A stretch of 64,000 bases of DNA, taken from Macrostomum lignano (lineage: Eukaryota). Made by a program: the position numbers and the translations under genes. This document shows, one piece after another, positions 1-18,216 of this stretch. The notes under the pieces were generated by a model. That model saw nothing but the letters and a program-made list of their open reading frames with translations, was not told the DNA's origin and ran no database searches. Where the stretch lies: positions 124,001-188,000 of the forward strand of contig NIVC01001925.1 in assembly GCA_002269645.1 (NCBI GenBank). Direction: 5' to 3'. Positions within the stretch are counted from its first letter, which is position 1; each line of letters starts with the position of its first letter.

Positions 1-343
1 GGTAAAGGAGGCAGGCGCGTCAGCATGATTCTGTATTGTAGAGGTTATTAACTATATGCCACCTATAGTTAAGCTGAAAAAGCCCGATCAAAATTAAATT
101 TAAACACAATCTAAAAATAGATTGGCAGGGGCACAGCTGTAGGCTGAGTGACGGGGGTGCGAGTTCATTCATTCCTGTTCAAACTGGTTCGCATGCATTA
201 GAAGCCGCAGCAGCTTATAGAACGCACAGACAACCAGAGGACAGTCAGAGAACCAGGCCAGTTAAAGTTACTTTTTAAACTTTGCCTTATAAACCAACTA
301 AGCTAAAAAGTACAGCACGACTCTCCGAAATTCACCGACGTAC

Positions 344-6477
<6,134 letters not shown>

Positions 6478-7692
6478 CTGCAGCAGAGTATTTTTATATG
6501 GTCTTTATATTAGTTAAAGAAAACACAAGTCATTGTGCAATTTCAAGTGATTTTATTGTTAAAGACCAGATCATAGCTGCTATTTGGCTATGTGATAGGC
6601 TCATAAATGAGACATTTGAAGCATAAACTATAAAAATAGAAAGAGTATTGATTGCAGTAGCTTATAGTATTCTTAAAAATATAATACAAGTTTATTTCTA
6701 TAATATTGACAATAAAAAGTACTAAGGTCAAAGAGAAGATTACTGGCTTTCCTCCGATTTTGCAGCCTTAGGAAAGAAAAATAAAACAAAAATTTCATGA
6801 CAAGATACAACTGTAGACAATGAAAAACAATTTAAAAAATCCACAATAATATTATGTTGCTTTTAAGAATATAAATGATTTTTTACAGGTCAAAATGATG
6901 TCTTCATTATTTTTATTTCTTTAATAAGTCATTTTATTTTAATAAAGTCTTTAATTAAATATCTTGTAAATCTTGTCCCATGAAAAATTACAAATATTTG
7001 AGCCATAGCCATATTTTATTCTATTTAATCACATAGATAGACATATAGCAGCTAATTGTAGTATACTAGGCATTATATCAGATATTTAGACAAGGAATTC
7101 TTGGAAAACCAGAGAAAAAAATGAGTAGAAATTAAGTTTATATTATTAAGAATGTCGAATTTATGATATGCCAAATTCTGGTAATTTTGTACATTTCTTA
7201 TAAAATGTTGTATTTGAAATTTTTCATACAAAAAATGAAATTTCGAACTTTTTAAATTGTCCATTCTGTTCTCTATAGCTGTCGAAAAGAATGATCTTTG
7301 TCGAAAAATTATTCTTATTGTGATTTTTAGAAAATTTTTCTCACGATATTTTTGTTTAATTTTACGATCGGCATTTATAAGCTGCGGCACGGTCGCCATA
7401 ATTTCTGTGCAGAATGAAAAAAACCATTTTTGCTCTAGCGGAAAATTTTTGAAAGCATTAAAATATCCGCAATTCGTAAAAAGCATTACGGAGATAAGAG
7501 GTTTTCATTTTGCGGCTCAAAAATTGTTATTGCTTTTGATAGGAGGCAGACCACGCCGTTCATCTTTTTATATGTTTTGCCTTTCTTGTGACACTTCATA
7601 GAGTTTTTGTTTAGCAAATTAGAATTCTATGTTAATTTTATATCCAAAGTACTTGTCATGGTCACAACAGGCCCAAATTCAAACATTCAGAC

Positions 7693-8504
7693 TGTGACGT
7701 TGTCAGTTTAAGGTGGTCCCGAAAAGGGCCGTTGGACTGCTGTTCTCCATAGTCATTCAACCCTTCAGTTTCACCGTTTCAACTAAACTTTTCCATTCGT
7801 TTATTGCGACGTTTACTTGTAGTAGTGCCCAACGATTTTGTGGCAATTTATAATTCATTGTATATTTTGCTATCCTCTCTCGCAACCGTATAAAATTGGC
7901 ACGATCGATAATTTTAAGTTCTCTCGCCAGCCAATGAAATCACTCGTGCTCGCGCTACCCCCCTCTGCGCTCTTTTATTAAACCCCCCCCCCGCCTGGCG
8001 GCGGCACTCCCCGCTTGTTCCTTGTTTCCTTCCCTGCGGCCTCTTAGCTGTCTTATCTGTTTGTCTGGCTGCCTCGAGCCTCCTTATTTCTCACCACGGC
8101 CCTTCTGTCTGGGCCAGCCTGCTCACACACTTACTTGACTGTTTCACGCCACGACCGACGCCAAACTCGCCACTACGTTTCACTGCCTTCACTGTGCTCA
8201 TAGCCACTGCTCACGTCACGTCGCCATTGTGTCATTCGCCTGCCACTTGACTTCATATCCAAATTATATTCAACCCATTGTTGCAGCCGCCAGTGCCCAG
8301 AAAGCTAAAGTCTGTTTATTGCCAGTAACAACCAAACTTAATACTGATATTAACAATAAAGACAACTACGGCAGTTCCTGCCTTTATCGCCAAGTGCTCC
8401 GCTACAAAAAAAGCTTTACAAGAATTGACTTCAACTTATTTTGGGACTAAAACGGCCCTTTTAAGGGTCACCGCATAGCTGGCCGCTACGCCAATAACGT
8501 GACA
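7693..8504. mobile_element. Solo LTR, copy 1 (5-bp TSD CAGAC)
   Basis: Termini TGTGACGTT...AACGTGACA. CAGAC lies at 7688-7692 and 8505-8509. Near-identical to 25673-26515. Confidence 0.85.
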
Positions 8505-8704
8505 CAGACAAAATTATCTAGGCTACACATTTAAATATGGCTTTTATAATTGTATAACTAATAAATAGCCTTACTCAAAAGCCTTCTATTCTACTTGAAT
8601 GAAATTAATTATGAAGATAAATAAAATTAAGTGTCACTGGCATGAAAACTATAAAATCATTAATATTACAACAATAACAACAACAACAACAACAACAAAG
8701 TACG

Positions 8705-9975
8705 CTGTCAGGTGGAAAAAAGCAGCATCACAGGGCACGCTTCAGAGCCTGGGCGCGAACAAAGTGCCGCGTTAGTAATCCGCTCGTCGCTGATCTTAAA
8801 GGCGGCGCGCAGCAGGTCAGCGTGCGCCGCGTTGACTTGCTGTTCGAGCGAATCCGTCAGCGTCCAGGTCTCGGCGTTGTACAACAGGACAGTCTCGACC
8901 ACCGCCTGGAACAGCGCCGCCCTCTGGCGGTCAGGTTGGCCACCCTCACAGAGCGAAAGGCAGCCCAAGCGAGCCCGCGGCGACGCCGCAGATCTTCGCG
9001 GACGTCAGGTACCAGACCGCCGAGGTAGACGAACTACTGACAGCGCGGAAGCTCCGTTACCTGCCCGCCAGCGCCTCGGCAGAAAATTGCGGCCTCGATG
9101 TCGCCCGGCCCGCAGAGCACAACGGTTTTCTTCGTGTTCACCACCAGGCCGATGCTCGCTGCAGCGCTATCCAGCTTGTCCAGCTGGCGCTGCATGGGCG
9201 CCCTCTACGGTCGAGGACGGCAGGGCGAGGTCATCGGCGTAGCCAAACACGCTGAGCCGCAATTCTCCGGTTGACGTCGACCCACGCGTCGCCGCAGTAG
9301 GAAGCCGTCTTCGTCGGTAGGAAGAGCAGTTCGTAGCACCCAGTCAAGCACCAGGACGAACAGGAACGGCGCTATAGTGTCCCCCTGGAGCACCCCGGAC
9401 CGGGATGTCTCGAAGGAGTCCGACAGGCCATCCGGCGTCATCACAGCTGTTCTCGTAGCACCGTACAATGCCATTATGGCGGAGATCAGCTGTTCTGGCA
9501 CATGGTACGCGCGGAGCACATGTGGGAACGCAGCCCTCGCAACCGAGTCGAATGCCTTCATGAAGTCAATGAAGACAACAATCAGGTCCAATTGGCGCGT
9601 GCGCGCCTCCTCGATGATTCGGCGAAGAGCCAGGATCTGCGGCACTGTGCCACGGTGGGGCCGAAACCCGTTCTGCTCAGGTCGCAGGTAGGGATCTAGC
9701 ACGGGTTGCAACCGCGATAGCAGCATCCGGTTGAACAACTTTGCAGCACAGGATTGCATGCAGATGCCTCGGTGCTCTTCTAGCCGTGTAGTGCCCGGCT
9801 TCTTTGGAATGGCGATGATGTGCGCCATGGTCCACTCGGTGGGTGCCACCTCACCGGAGAGGACGCGGTTCATCACACGGGCGACCTCACTGGCCACACA
9901 GTGGATGCGCAGCGCCTCGATGGGCACCTCGTCCGGACCCAGCGCCTTGCCGCCCGGCGTCTTCTGGGCGAGCAT
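8705..9975 (-). mobile_element. Non-LTR retrotransposon (RTE-like) reverse transcriptase fragment, frameshifted and truncated
   Basis: RT motifs EQNGFR, FIDFMKAFDSV and GVLQGDTIAPFLF. GYADDLAL lies in a shifted frame at about 9225-9250. Downstream VLLYNAETWTL. No endonuclease domain or TSD seen. Confidence 0.9.
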
Positions 9976-10891
9976 TACGAGTTACGACTTCAGCCATGGT
10001 GACTGGTGCAACGTTAAAATCTAATTAATATTAGATACTCGGATACCTAAGTTATAGTCTTTGCTAATACTCGGCCGGGGTTTCCGAACCCGATTCATTT
10101 TCTTAAATGAATATTCGATAAATTTAAGAAACTGCGAACAAAATTGCTAACTGAGAAAATATAGCAGCAACATCAGCTTTTTGTGGTACTGCACAAGTTT
10201 AGTAATGAGAAGATCCCAATGAAGCCCAGTATGATTGTATTTACACGAGGCGTATTGTAGTTCGTATTCGTAGATTTTCTTTACTCAATTTTGTCATTAA
10301 AAGAAATAATAACAAGAACTGTTGCTTTAATATTTTAGGTGAATACAAAAAACGCGCCACGCAGTTTTGAGGCTGCATAATGATGGCTGGTTTAGTGTCT
10401 GTATACTTGAAATAAAAAGACGGTGCAAGATTACTTAAACTGGTACTATACTTGCATTCATTACTACTATGAGTACCAGCCACTATACAACAGCAGGAGC
10501 TGATGGATGCTGATGCGATGATTACCAGAAAAGCCAACACATTTAATAATTGTAATAACCATAATAATATTATAGTAGTAGTATTAGTAGTATTAACAGT
10601 AAAACTGTGCACCAAATGCCCAACAGAGACGGGTTAAAATGCCAGTTAAATAATTACTTCAGATAAAAAATGCGTTTCATTAATTCGCTTACTAAATGAT
10701 ATAAACAATTTGGCTGGACTAATAACTAATTGAAAACTAATGATAATAAACAGAATAGTAAAAAATAATAGTGCAATCTGACATTAGAGAGATAAGAGAT
10801 GGAATTAAAACGCAAAATTATGTTTATAAAAATAAGTATTTACTAAGTGCATAAGCACGATTTCAAGGTGCTGAAATTACCGCCACAGAAT

Positions 10892-13800
10892 TCAAGCCTG
10901 ATTGGCTCCCAGCGGATTAGGAGCCGTCACGCGCCTGGCATAGCAACCGGAGTTGAGCCAGTGAGCAGCCCTGGCCACCTGCTCAGGGTCGATGGTGACA
11001 CTCTTTGTGCAGTTGTCAGTCTTGTAGATGCCCACCAGCCTATCGGACAGCTCGAACATGTTGTTGCGCAGGCTGATCACAATGAACTGCGCATTGCGGG
11101 CGCAACGTTTGATGTAGTTGGCCACGATTGACACGTTTTTAAAGTCCAAAGCGGCGTCGATCTCGTCCATGAAGTACAGCGGAGTTGGCTTGTAGTGATG
11201 CAGCGCGAACACCAGCGCCAGGGAGCTCAGCGTCTTCTCACCGCCGCTCAGGTTGCCGATGGATTTCCAGCTCTTTTTCGGCGGCCGCACGGAGAACACC
11301 ACGCCTTCGGTGAACGGGTCCAGCGAGTCCACCAGCTCCAGCTCCGCGTCTCCGCCGATGGTGATCATCTGGCAGACGGGGGGATTAAATTATGAGCAAT
11401 TAAGGACAGTGGTGGGAGTGAGGAGTAGCCTTTTTTAAAGCAATGCCTACAGTGTCACTTCCAAGGGCTAAATACAATAATTATAAACAAAGGCATCTGT
11501 GAAAGCATCTTAGTCAATAAAGAATAAGAATTGGCAAAGAAAAATCCGGGCAATCAGATACACAGAAATTCGGGCTACCCCTCAAAAGTCGGGCATTCTG
11601 GTCATTTCCCTTTCGAATTCGGGCCTCACTCCCACCACTGATTAACAGGGAAAGACAGAAGAAGCAGAGAGCAATGCCGCAGCACCTGGTACATCTCCTT
11701 GAGCTTGCCGGTGATGATCCGGAAGCCGCTCATGAACTCGGTCAGGCGGGCGTGCCGCCACTCCTCGTGCAGGCGGCGCTGCTCGTCGCGCACGGTGGTG
11801 ACCCGATTCAGCTCGCCCACCTTGGCCAGGTAGGCGGCCTCCTTCTGCCTGTACTCGTCCAGGGCGCTCATGTCCGGCTGCATTCGGCCGACCTCGTCCT
11901 CGAGCTGCTGAATCTGCGTGCGCAGGCCGCTGTTGCGCAGCTCGTCAAGCTCGGCATCGGGCAGGGTGGGCAGCTTCCACATGTCCTCCACTGAGAAGCG
12001 GGGCCGCTGCTGCCGCTCAGCCGCTGCCGCCTCTGCCGACTGCTTCTGCCTCTTCTGCTTCTCAGCTCTGCGCTTCTGCTTCTTCGACAGTTTCTTTCCT
12101 CTGCGCTTCTCCTTCTGCTGCTGTCCCGGCTTCGAGCTTTGAACGCCCTCGTCTGTGCGTCTTCGCTTGGACTTCGGCGGCTCGTCCCCAGACTCCACCG
12201 GCTCCGACTTCACCGCGTCCGCCGCGTCCTCATCCTCAGCCTCGTCGCCACCGTCGGCGGGCACTTCCGGTTCCGCTTCGGGATTTTCTTCTTCTTCTTC
12301 CATGGCTGCATCATTGTCTGCTTCCTCTTTATCGTCTTCTTCATGAGCAGAGCCGGAAGCTGCAACAGGCACCAGCTGCATCTGTTGCTCCACTTGTTCT
12401 TCATCATCAGCCGGCTCTGCTGCCTCATCTTTGTTGCTTTGATCTTCATCGGCATCACTGCCGTCCACCTCCATTGCGGCGTGTTCTTCATTCTCCTCAG
12501 CCTCCTCAGCCTCAGACTCATCCCCGTCTTCATCAGCTGACTCGTCATCCTCCTCATCTTCGTCGCTTTCCTCTTCCTCCTGACTGGAAGCTGCGGCCGC
12601 GGCAGCAGCGGCCTCGGCCTCCTCCCGTCTGACGCGCTCTCGCTCAGCTTCCTCAGCTTCCTCTTCGTCATCCTGAATCCGGTGCAGCTGCAGCTGTTGC
12701 AGCTCGCGCTCCCAGCCGCGCCGTTTCCTCTCGTGCTCCTCGATGACGCCAACCACCGACTGCAGTTTGTGGCGCAGATCGACCTCGAGCTTGCGCAGCG
12801 ACTGCTCCTCCTTCTCCAGCTCTTCCAGCTCCGCTTTCATGCTGTCCACTTTCTCCTGCCATTTCTTCACTTCCTCCTGGGCCGCCTTGTGCCGGTTCAT
12901 CAGGTCGCGGCACTCGCCCTCCAGCTGGTTCATGCGGTCGCCAATGGTTGCTAGGCGGGTTTTGCACTCCTCCTTTTCCGTTTCAAGGCGAGCCAGGCGT
13001 TCTTCGGATTCGCGCACCTGGAATGCGTTCGAGTGTTTTATTTAATGAATTTCACTTCAAACAGGTACGCATCTTATCTGCAGTAAAAATTAATATTTTC
13101 CATCGATTTTTGCACCTTTCGTTCCGCAGTGCTGGCTGCCACCTTAACCTTGGTGGACAGAGCCTTCTGCTTCTTTATCTCGGCAAGAACGGCGTCTAAC
13201 CGGCTTTGAATGACCTGAAAGTTGAAACAGAATGCGACGATTAATAAAAATGGACCAATGAGTTTGGATTTAGGAGGCTGGCTCAGCAACTGGGGATCTG
13301 GGAGGCTGGCCTAGCAACTGGGGATCTGGGAGGCTGGCCTAGCAACTGAGGATCTGGGAGGCTGGCCTAGCAACTGGGGATCTGGGAGACTGGCCCAGCA
13401 ACTGAGGATCTGGGAGACTGGCCCAGCAACTGAAGATCTGGGAGGCTGGCCCAGCAACTGAGGATCTAGGAGGCTGGCCTAGCAACTGAGGATCTGGGAG
13501 ACTGGCCTGGCAACTGGGGATCTGGGAGGCTGGCCCAGCAACTGAGGATCTGAGAGGCTGGCCCAGCAACTGAGGATCTGAGAGGCTGGCCCAGCAACTG
13601 AGGATCTGGGAGACTGGCCCAGCAACTGGGGATCTGGGAGGCTGGCCCAGCAACTGAGGATCTGAGAGGCTGGCCCAGCAACTGAGGATCTAAGAGGCTG
13701 GCCCAGCAACTGACGATCTGAGAGGCTGGCCCAGCAACTGAGGATCTAAGAGGCTGGCCCAGCAACTGAGGATCTGAGAGGCCGGCCCAGCAACTGAGGA

Positions 13801-16800
13801 TCTGAGAGGCTGGCCCAGCAACTGAGGATCTGGGAGGCTGGCCCAGCAACTGAGGATCTGGGAGGCTGGCCCAGTAACTGAGGATCTGGGAGGCTGGCCT
13901 GGCAACTGGGGATCTGGGAGGCTGGCCCAGCAACTGAGGATCTGGGAGACTGGCCCAGCAACTGAGGATCTGGGAGGCTGGCCTGGCAACTGGGGATCTG
14001 GGAGGCTGGCCTGGCAACTGGGGATCTGGGAGGCTGGCCCAGCAACTGAGGATCTGGGAGGCTGGCCTGGCAACTGGGGATCTGGGAGGCTGGCCCAGCA
14101 ACTGAGGATTTGGAGCCGCTGATTCTCACCTGCAGCCTGGCGCCGCCGACCTCCATGATGCGGCTGTCCAGCTGGGCCACCTCGGTCTCGGCTTTGCCAG
14201 CCGCATCGCTGCTGGTTTTCTGCTCAGCTTCGGCGGTCTCCAGCCGCTGCCGCAGTTTGTCCAGCGCCTTGGCGTCCGGCTCCGCTTCGGCCGCGCGCCG
14301 TTCAGCGTCGGCCAGGACTTCGCGCGCCGCTCGACGCCGTTCGCCTAGACGGGCGACTTCGCGCTCGACAGCGTCGGAATTGCGCGCCAGCTGTCGCAGA
14401 TCCCGCTCCAAGCCGGCGATGGTTTCGCCTAAACGGGCCCGCTCGTCTCGCAGGCCGTTGAGCTGGGCGGTCAGGTCCGCCAGGCGCTTCTCGGCCTCCT
14501 GGGCGGACTCCTCGCCGCCTGAGCCGGCCGCGGCGGCCATGGCGGAGCCGCCGACTGTGGAGGCGTCCAAGTTGACGCGGGTGCCGATGCGGCCTCTGCG
14601 GATTTTGTGTTGGTAAACGGCGGGAGTAAACTATTACTAAAAGTGATTCGTCAGCTAATTAGAGTTGTACTTTTATTACACACCTTGTCGGCCGGCCACC
14701 GCCGCTCATTGTTCCGGACAGTTCGATAAGCCCGCCCTGCTCGGACACGACCCGGTATCTGGGCGTACCGTAGGCCACCCGGGTGGCCTCGTCCAGATCC
14801 TTGGCAACCAGGGTGTCGCGGATGGCATAATAAAACGCATTTCGAACCTTGGGATCGGGCACCTGCAGCAGGTCGAATAGGCGGGGAATCGGCGCGTTGC
14901 AGCGCTTGGAAGACTCGGCGGCCCACTGCTCCATCTTGTCCAGGGCGATGAACGTGGCCGTGCCGATTCGCTGCTCCTTGAGAAACCTTACGCAGGCCTC
15001 GCCTGTGGCGATCGTGTCCACCACGATGTCGTCTAGGGGACCGCATGCCGTACTCATGGCCACGTCGTAGCTGCCGGCGGGATGGATTGTGGGGGGATTG
15101 TGGCTGAGCGATAATGGGGATCTGGGATGTTTGTTCATGGGGATCTGGGATGTTTGTTCATGGGGATCTGGGATGTTTGTTCATGGGGATCTGGGATGTT
15201 TGTTCATGGGGATCTGGTATGTTTGTTCATGGGGATCTGGGATGTTTGTTTATGGGGATCTGGGAGGGTTGTTCATGGGGATCTGGGAGGGTTGTTCATG
15301 GGGATCTGGGAGGGTTGTGGCTCATCATGGGGATCTGGGAGGGTTGTGGCTCAGCATGGGGATCTGGGAGGGTTGTGACTCATCATGGGGATCTGGGAGG
15401 GTTGTGGCTCATTATGGGGATCTGGGAGGGTTGTGACTCATCATGGGGATCTGGGAGGGTTGTGACTCATCATGGGGATCTGGGAGGGTTGTGACTCATC
15501 ATGGGGATCTGGGAGGGTTGTGGCTCATTATGGGGATCTGGGAGGGTTGTGGCTCAGCATGGGGATCTGGGAGGGTTGTGACTCATCATGGGGATCTGGG
15601 AGGGTTGTGGCTCATTATGGGGATCTGGGAGGGTTGTGGCTCAGCAAGGGGATCTAGGAGGTTGTGGCTTTTATTCACTGATGAAACTCCTCACCGCTCA
15701 TCGATGGCGCCCAGGTCGCCCAGCCTGCCGCGCACTCCGGTGAATCTGCCGCGCTTCTTCTGCTCCAGCAGAGCCTGCAGCACCCGGCTCTGGCTGCGCT
15801 GCTCCAGCTGCCGTCTAGCTTCATCAACTCGCACCCGAAGCCCGCGCGCCTCTTCAGCTAAGCCAGCCTCCCGCTGCTGCAGGGCAGCCTCATCTCGCCG
15901 AGCACGTTCCAGACTCTTCTGCATCTCGGGAGTCTCCTTGGCGGCCCGATCTCTGATGGCGGTCTTCTCGGCCAGGGCCCGTTCCACCCCGTCGGCATCC
16001 TGCTTCGCGGCATCCAGGCGCTGCAAAGCTCGGGTCTGGCCGCTCAGGAGGATGTCCAGCTCCGTGCGGGCCATGTCTCTGGCTGACCGCTTGGCGTTGG
16101 CGTCTTTCTGCAGGTCTGCCAGCTGGCGCTCGGCGATGACCTTCTCGGCTCGGAGATCTTTGGTCTCCGCCTCGATGGCGTTGAGGGCCGTTTGCCTGCG
16201 AGGGTTTGCAGGCAGTGCAGACTTGAAGGTGAAAATATGCAGGTACTACTTCAAGTAGGAGGAGCAAGAATAACACTTCGCTCCAGTGTGATAAAAAGCG
16301 AATATCTCAGTGATTTAGTAATAATAATTGATTGCACCTGCCCCGATTGGGCCAGATTTAGGGATGATTCTCATGCTGATTTAGGGATGATTCTCTTGCT
16401 GATTTAGGGATGATTCTCTTGCTGATTTAGGGATGATTCTCATGCTGATTTAGAGATGATTCTCATGCTGATTTAGGGATGATTCTCATGCTGATTTAGA
16501 GATGATTCTCATGCTGATTTAGAGATGATTCTCACGCTGATTCAGCTCACCTATTGGCCTCCTCTTCCACTCGCTGCTTCTCCAACTCGACCAGTTTCTC
16601 AGCCAGCTCAGCCAGTCGCTTCTCCGCATCCTCGGGAGCCCGCTTCAGCTCCTCGATCTTGCTGGCCTCCTCCTCAGCCAGGCGCACAGTCTTCTTACCC
16701 TGCGCTTTCATCCGCTTGTACTCTTCGCGCAGACTGGCGTCTTCCACCTCCAGGGCGGTGAATTTCTCCTTAGTAACCGTATAGATCGTCTGCTGCTCCT

Positions 16801-18155
16801 GGTAGGCCTTCACAATTTCTTTGTTCTCTTCAACTTTGCGTTTAGATTGCTGCTTGGCTTCCTGCAGTTTGGCCAGTGCCGCGTCCAGCTCACTCTGGCG
16901 CTGCTCCTGCTCACCTCGCATGCTGTCGATGGTGGCGGCGCATTCGCGGCGATAGATTTGAAACAGGATGTTCTTCTTGCTCACAATCTGATTGCACAGG
17001 CGCAGGTATTGCAGGGCTTTGTCACGCTCGCCTTGAAGATCCGCTTTCTGCTTCTCTACGGCCTTCACCTGTGAATTGTGAATGCGTTCTGGTTTATGAG
17101 TACCTAATTAACAGGGAGTAGGTTGTGAGTAGCTAATTAACAGGGATTAGGTTGTGAGTAGCTAATTAACAGGTGTAGGTTATGAGTAGCTAATTAACAG
17201 GTGTAGGATATGAGTAGCTAATTAACAGGTGTAGGTTATGAGTAGCTAATTAACAGGTGTAGGTTATGAGTAGCTAATTAACAGGGAGTAGGTTGTGAGT
17301 ACCTAATTAACAGGGTGTAGGTTGTGAGTAGCTAATTAACAGGTGTAGGTTATGAGTAGCTAACTAACAGGTGTAGGTTATGAGTAGCTAATTAACAGGT
17401 GTAGGTTATGAGTAGCTAATTAACATGTGTAGGTTATGAGTAGCTAATTAACAGGTGTAGGTTGTGAGTAGCTAATTAACATGTGTAGGTTATGAGTAGC
17501 TAATTAACAGGTGTAGGTTATGAGTAGCTAATTAACAGGTGTAGGTTATGAGTAGCTAATTAACAGGTGTAGGTTATGAGTAGCTAATTAACAGGTGTAG
17601 GTTGTGAGTAGCTAATTAACAGGTGTAGGTTGTGAGTAGCTATTTAACAGGGAGTAGGTTATGAGTAGCTTATAAACAGAGAGTGTCATTACCTGGTTGA
17701 CCTTCTCCAGTCTGAGGTCATTAAGCGCATCGATGCGTCTGACAATTCTAGTGAGTGGATTTTTAAAACGCGAACTGCCGATGATGTCCTCGAGGTACTC
17801 CAGCAGGCCTTCTTCGTGCTCGTTCGGGGCGATGGGCTTCATTAGTGAGATCTGCTCCACTTCGCCCTGGATTGTTGCATTAGTGATTAAACTTACGAAT
17901 ATGGCTTATAGGGGTTTATGGCTTATGGCTTATGGGGTTTATGGCTTAAAAACTTTAGCACTGCAACTAGTTATTGAAAATCCTGTGAGAATATCTGTTT
18001 GTTAAACCGAATATCTATTAGGATATATTCATTCATCTATGCGCAAAAATGTCTGTATCTATCCAGGGCCTGTCTGTCTGTGTTGCCTGCCTGTCTGTCT
18101 GTCTGTCTGCCTGTCTGTCTGTCTGTCTGCCTGTCTGTCTGTCTATCCGCCTGCC

Positions 18156-18216
<61 letters not shown>

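Noticed and set aside
9976-10020. Acceptor plus Kozak-like caccATGGCTGAAG (minus) next to the LINE fragment as the missing MATE first exon
   Set aside because: No MATE-like continuation or splice donor could be found on either side of the LINE. Unsupported.
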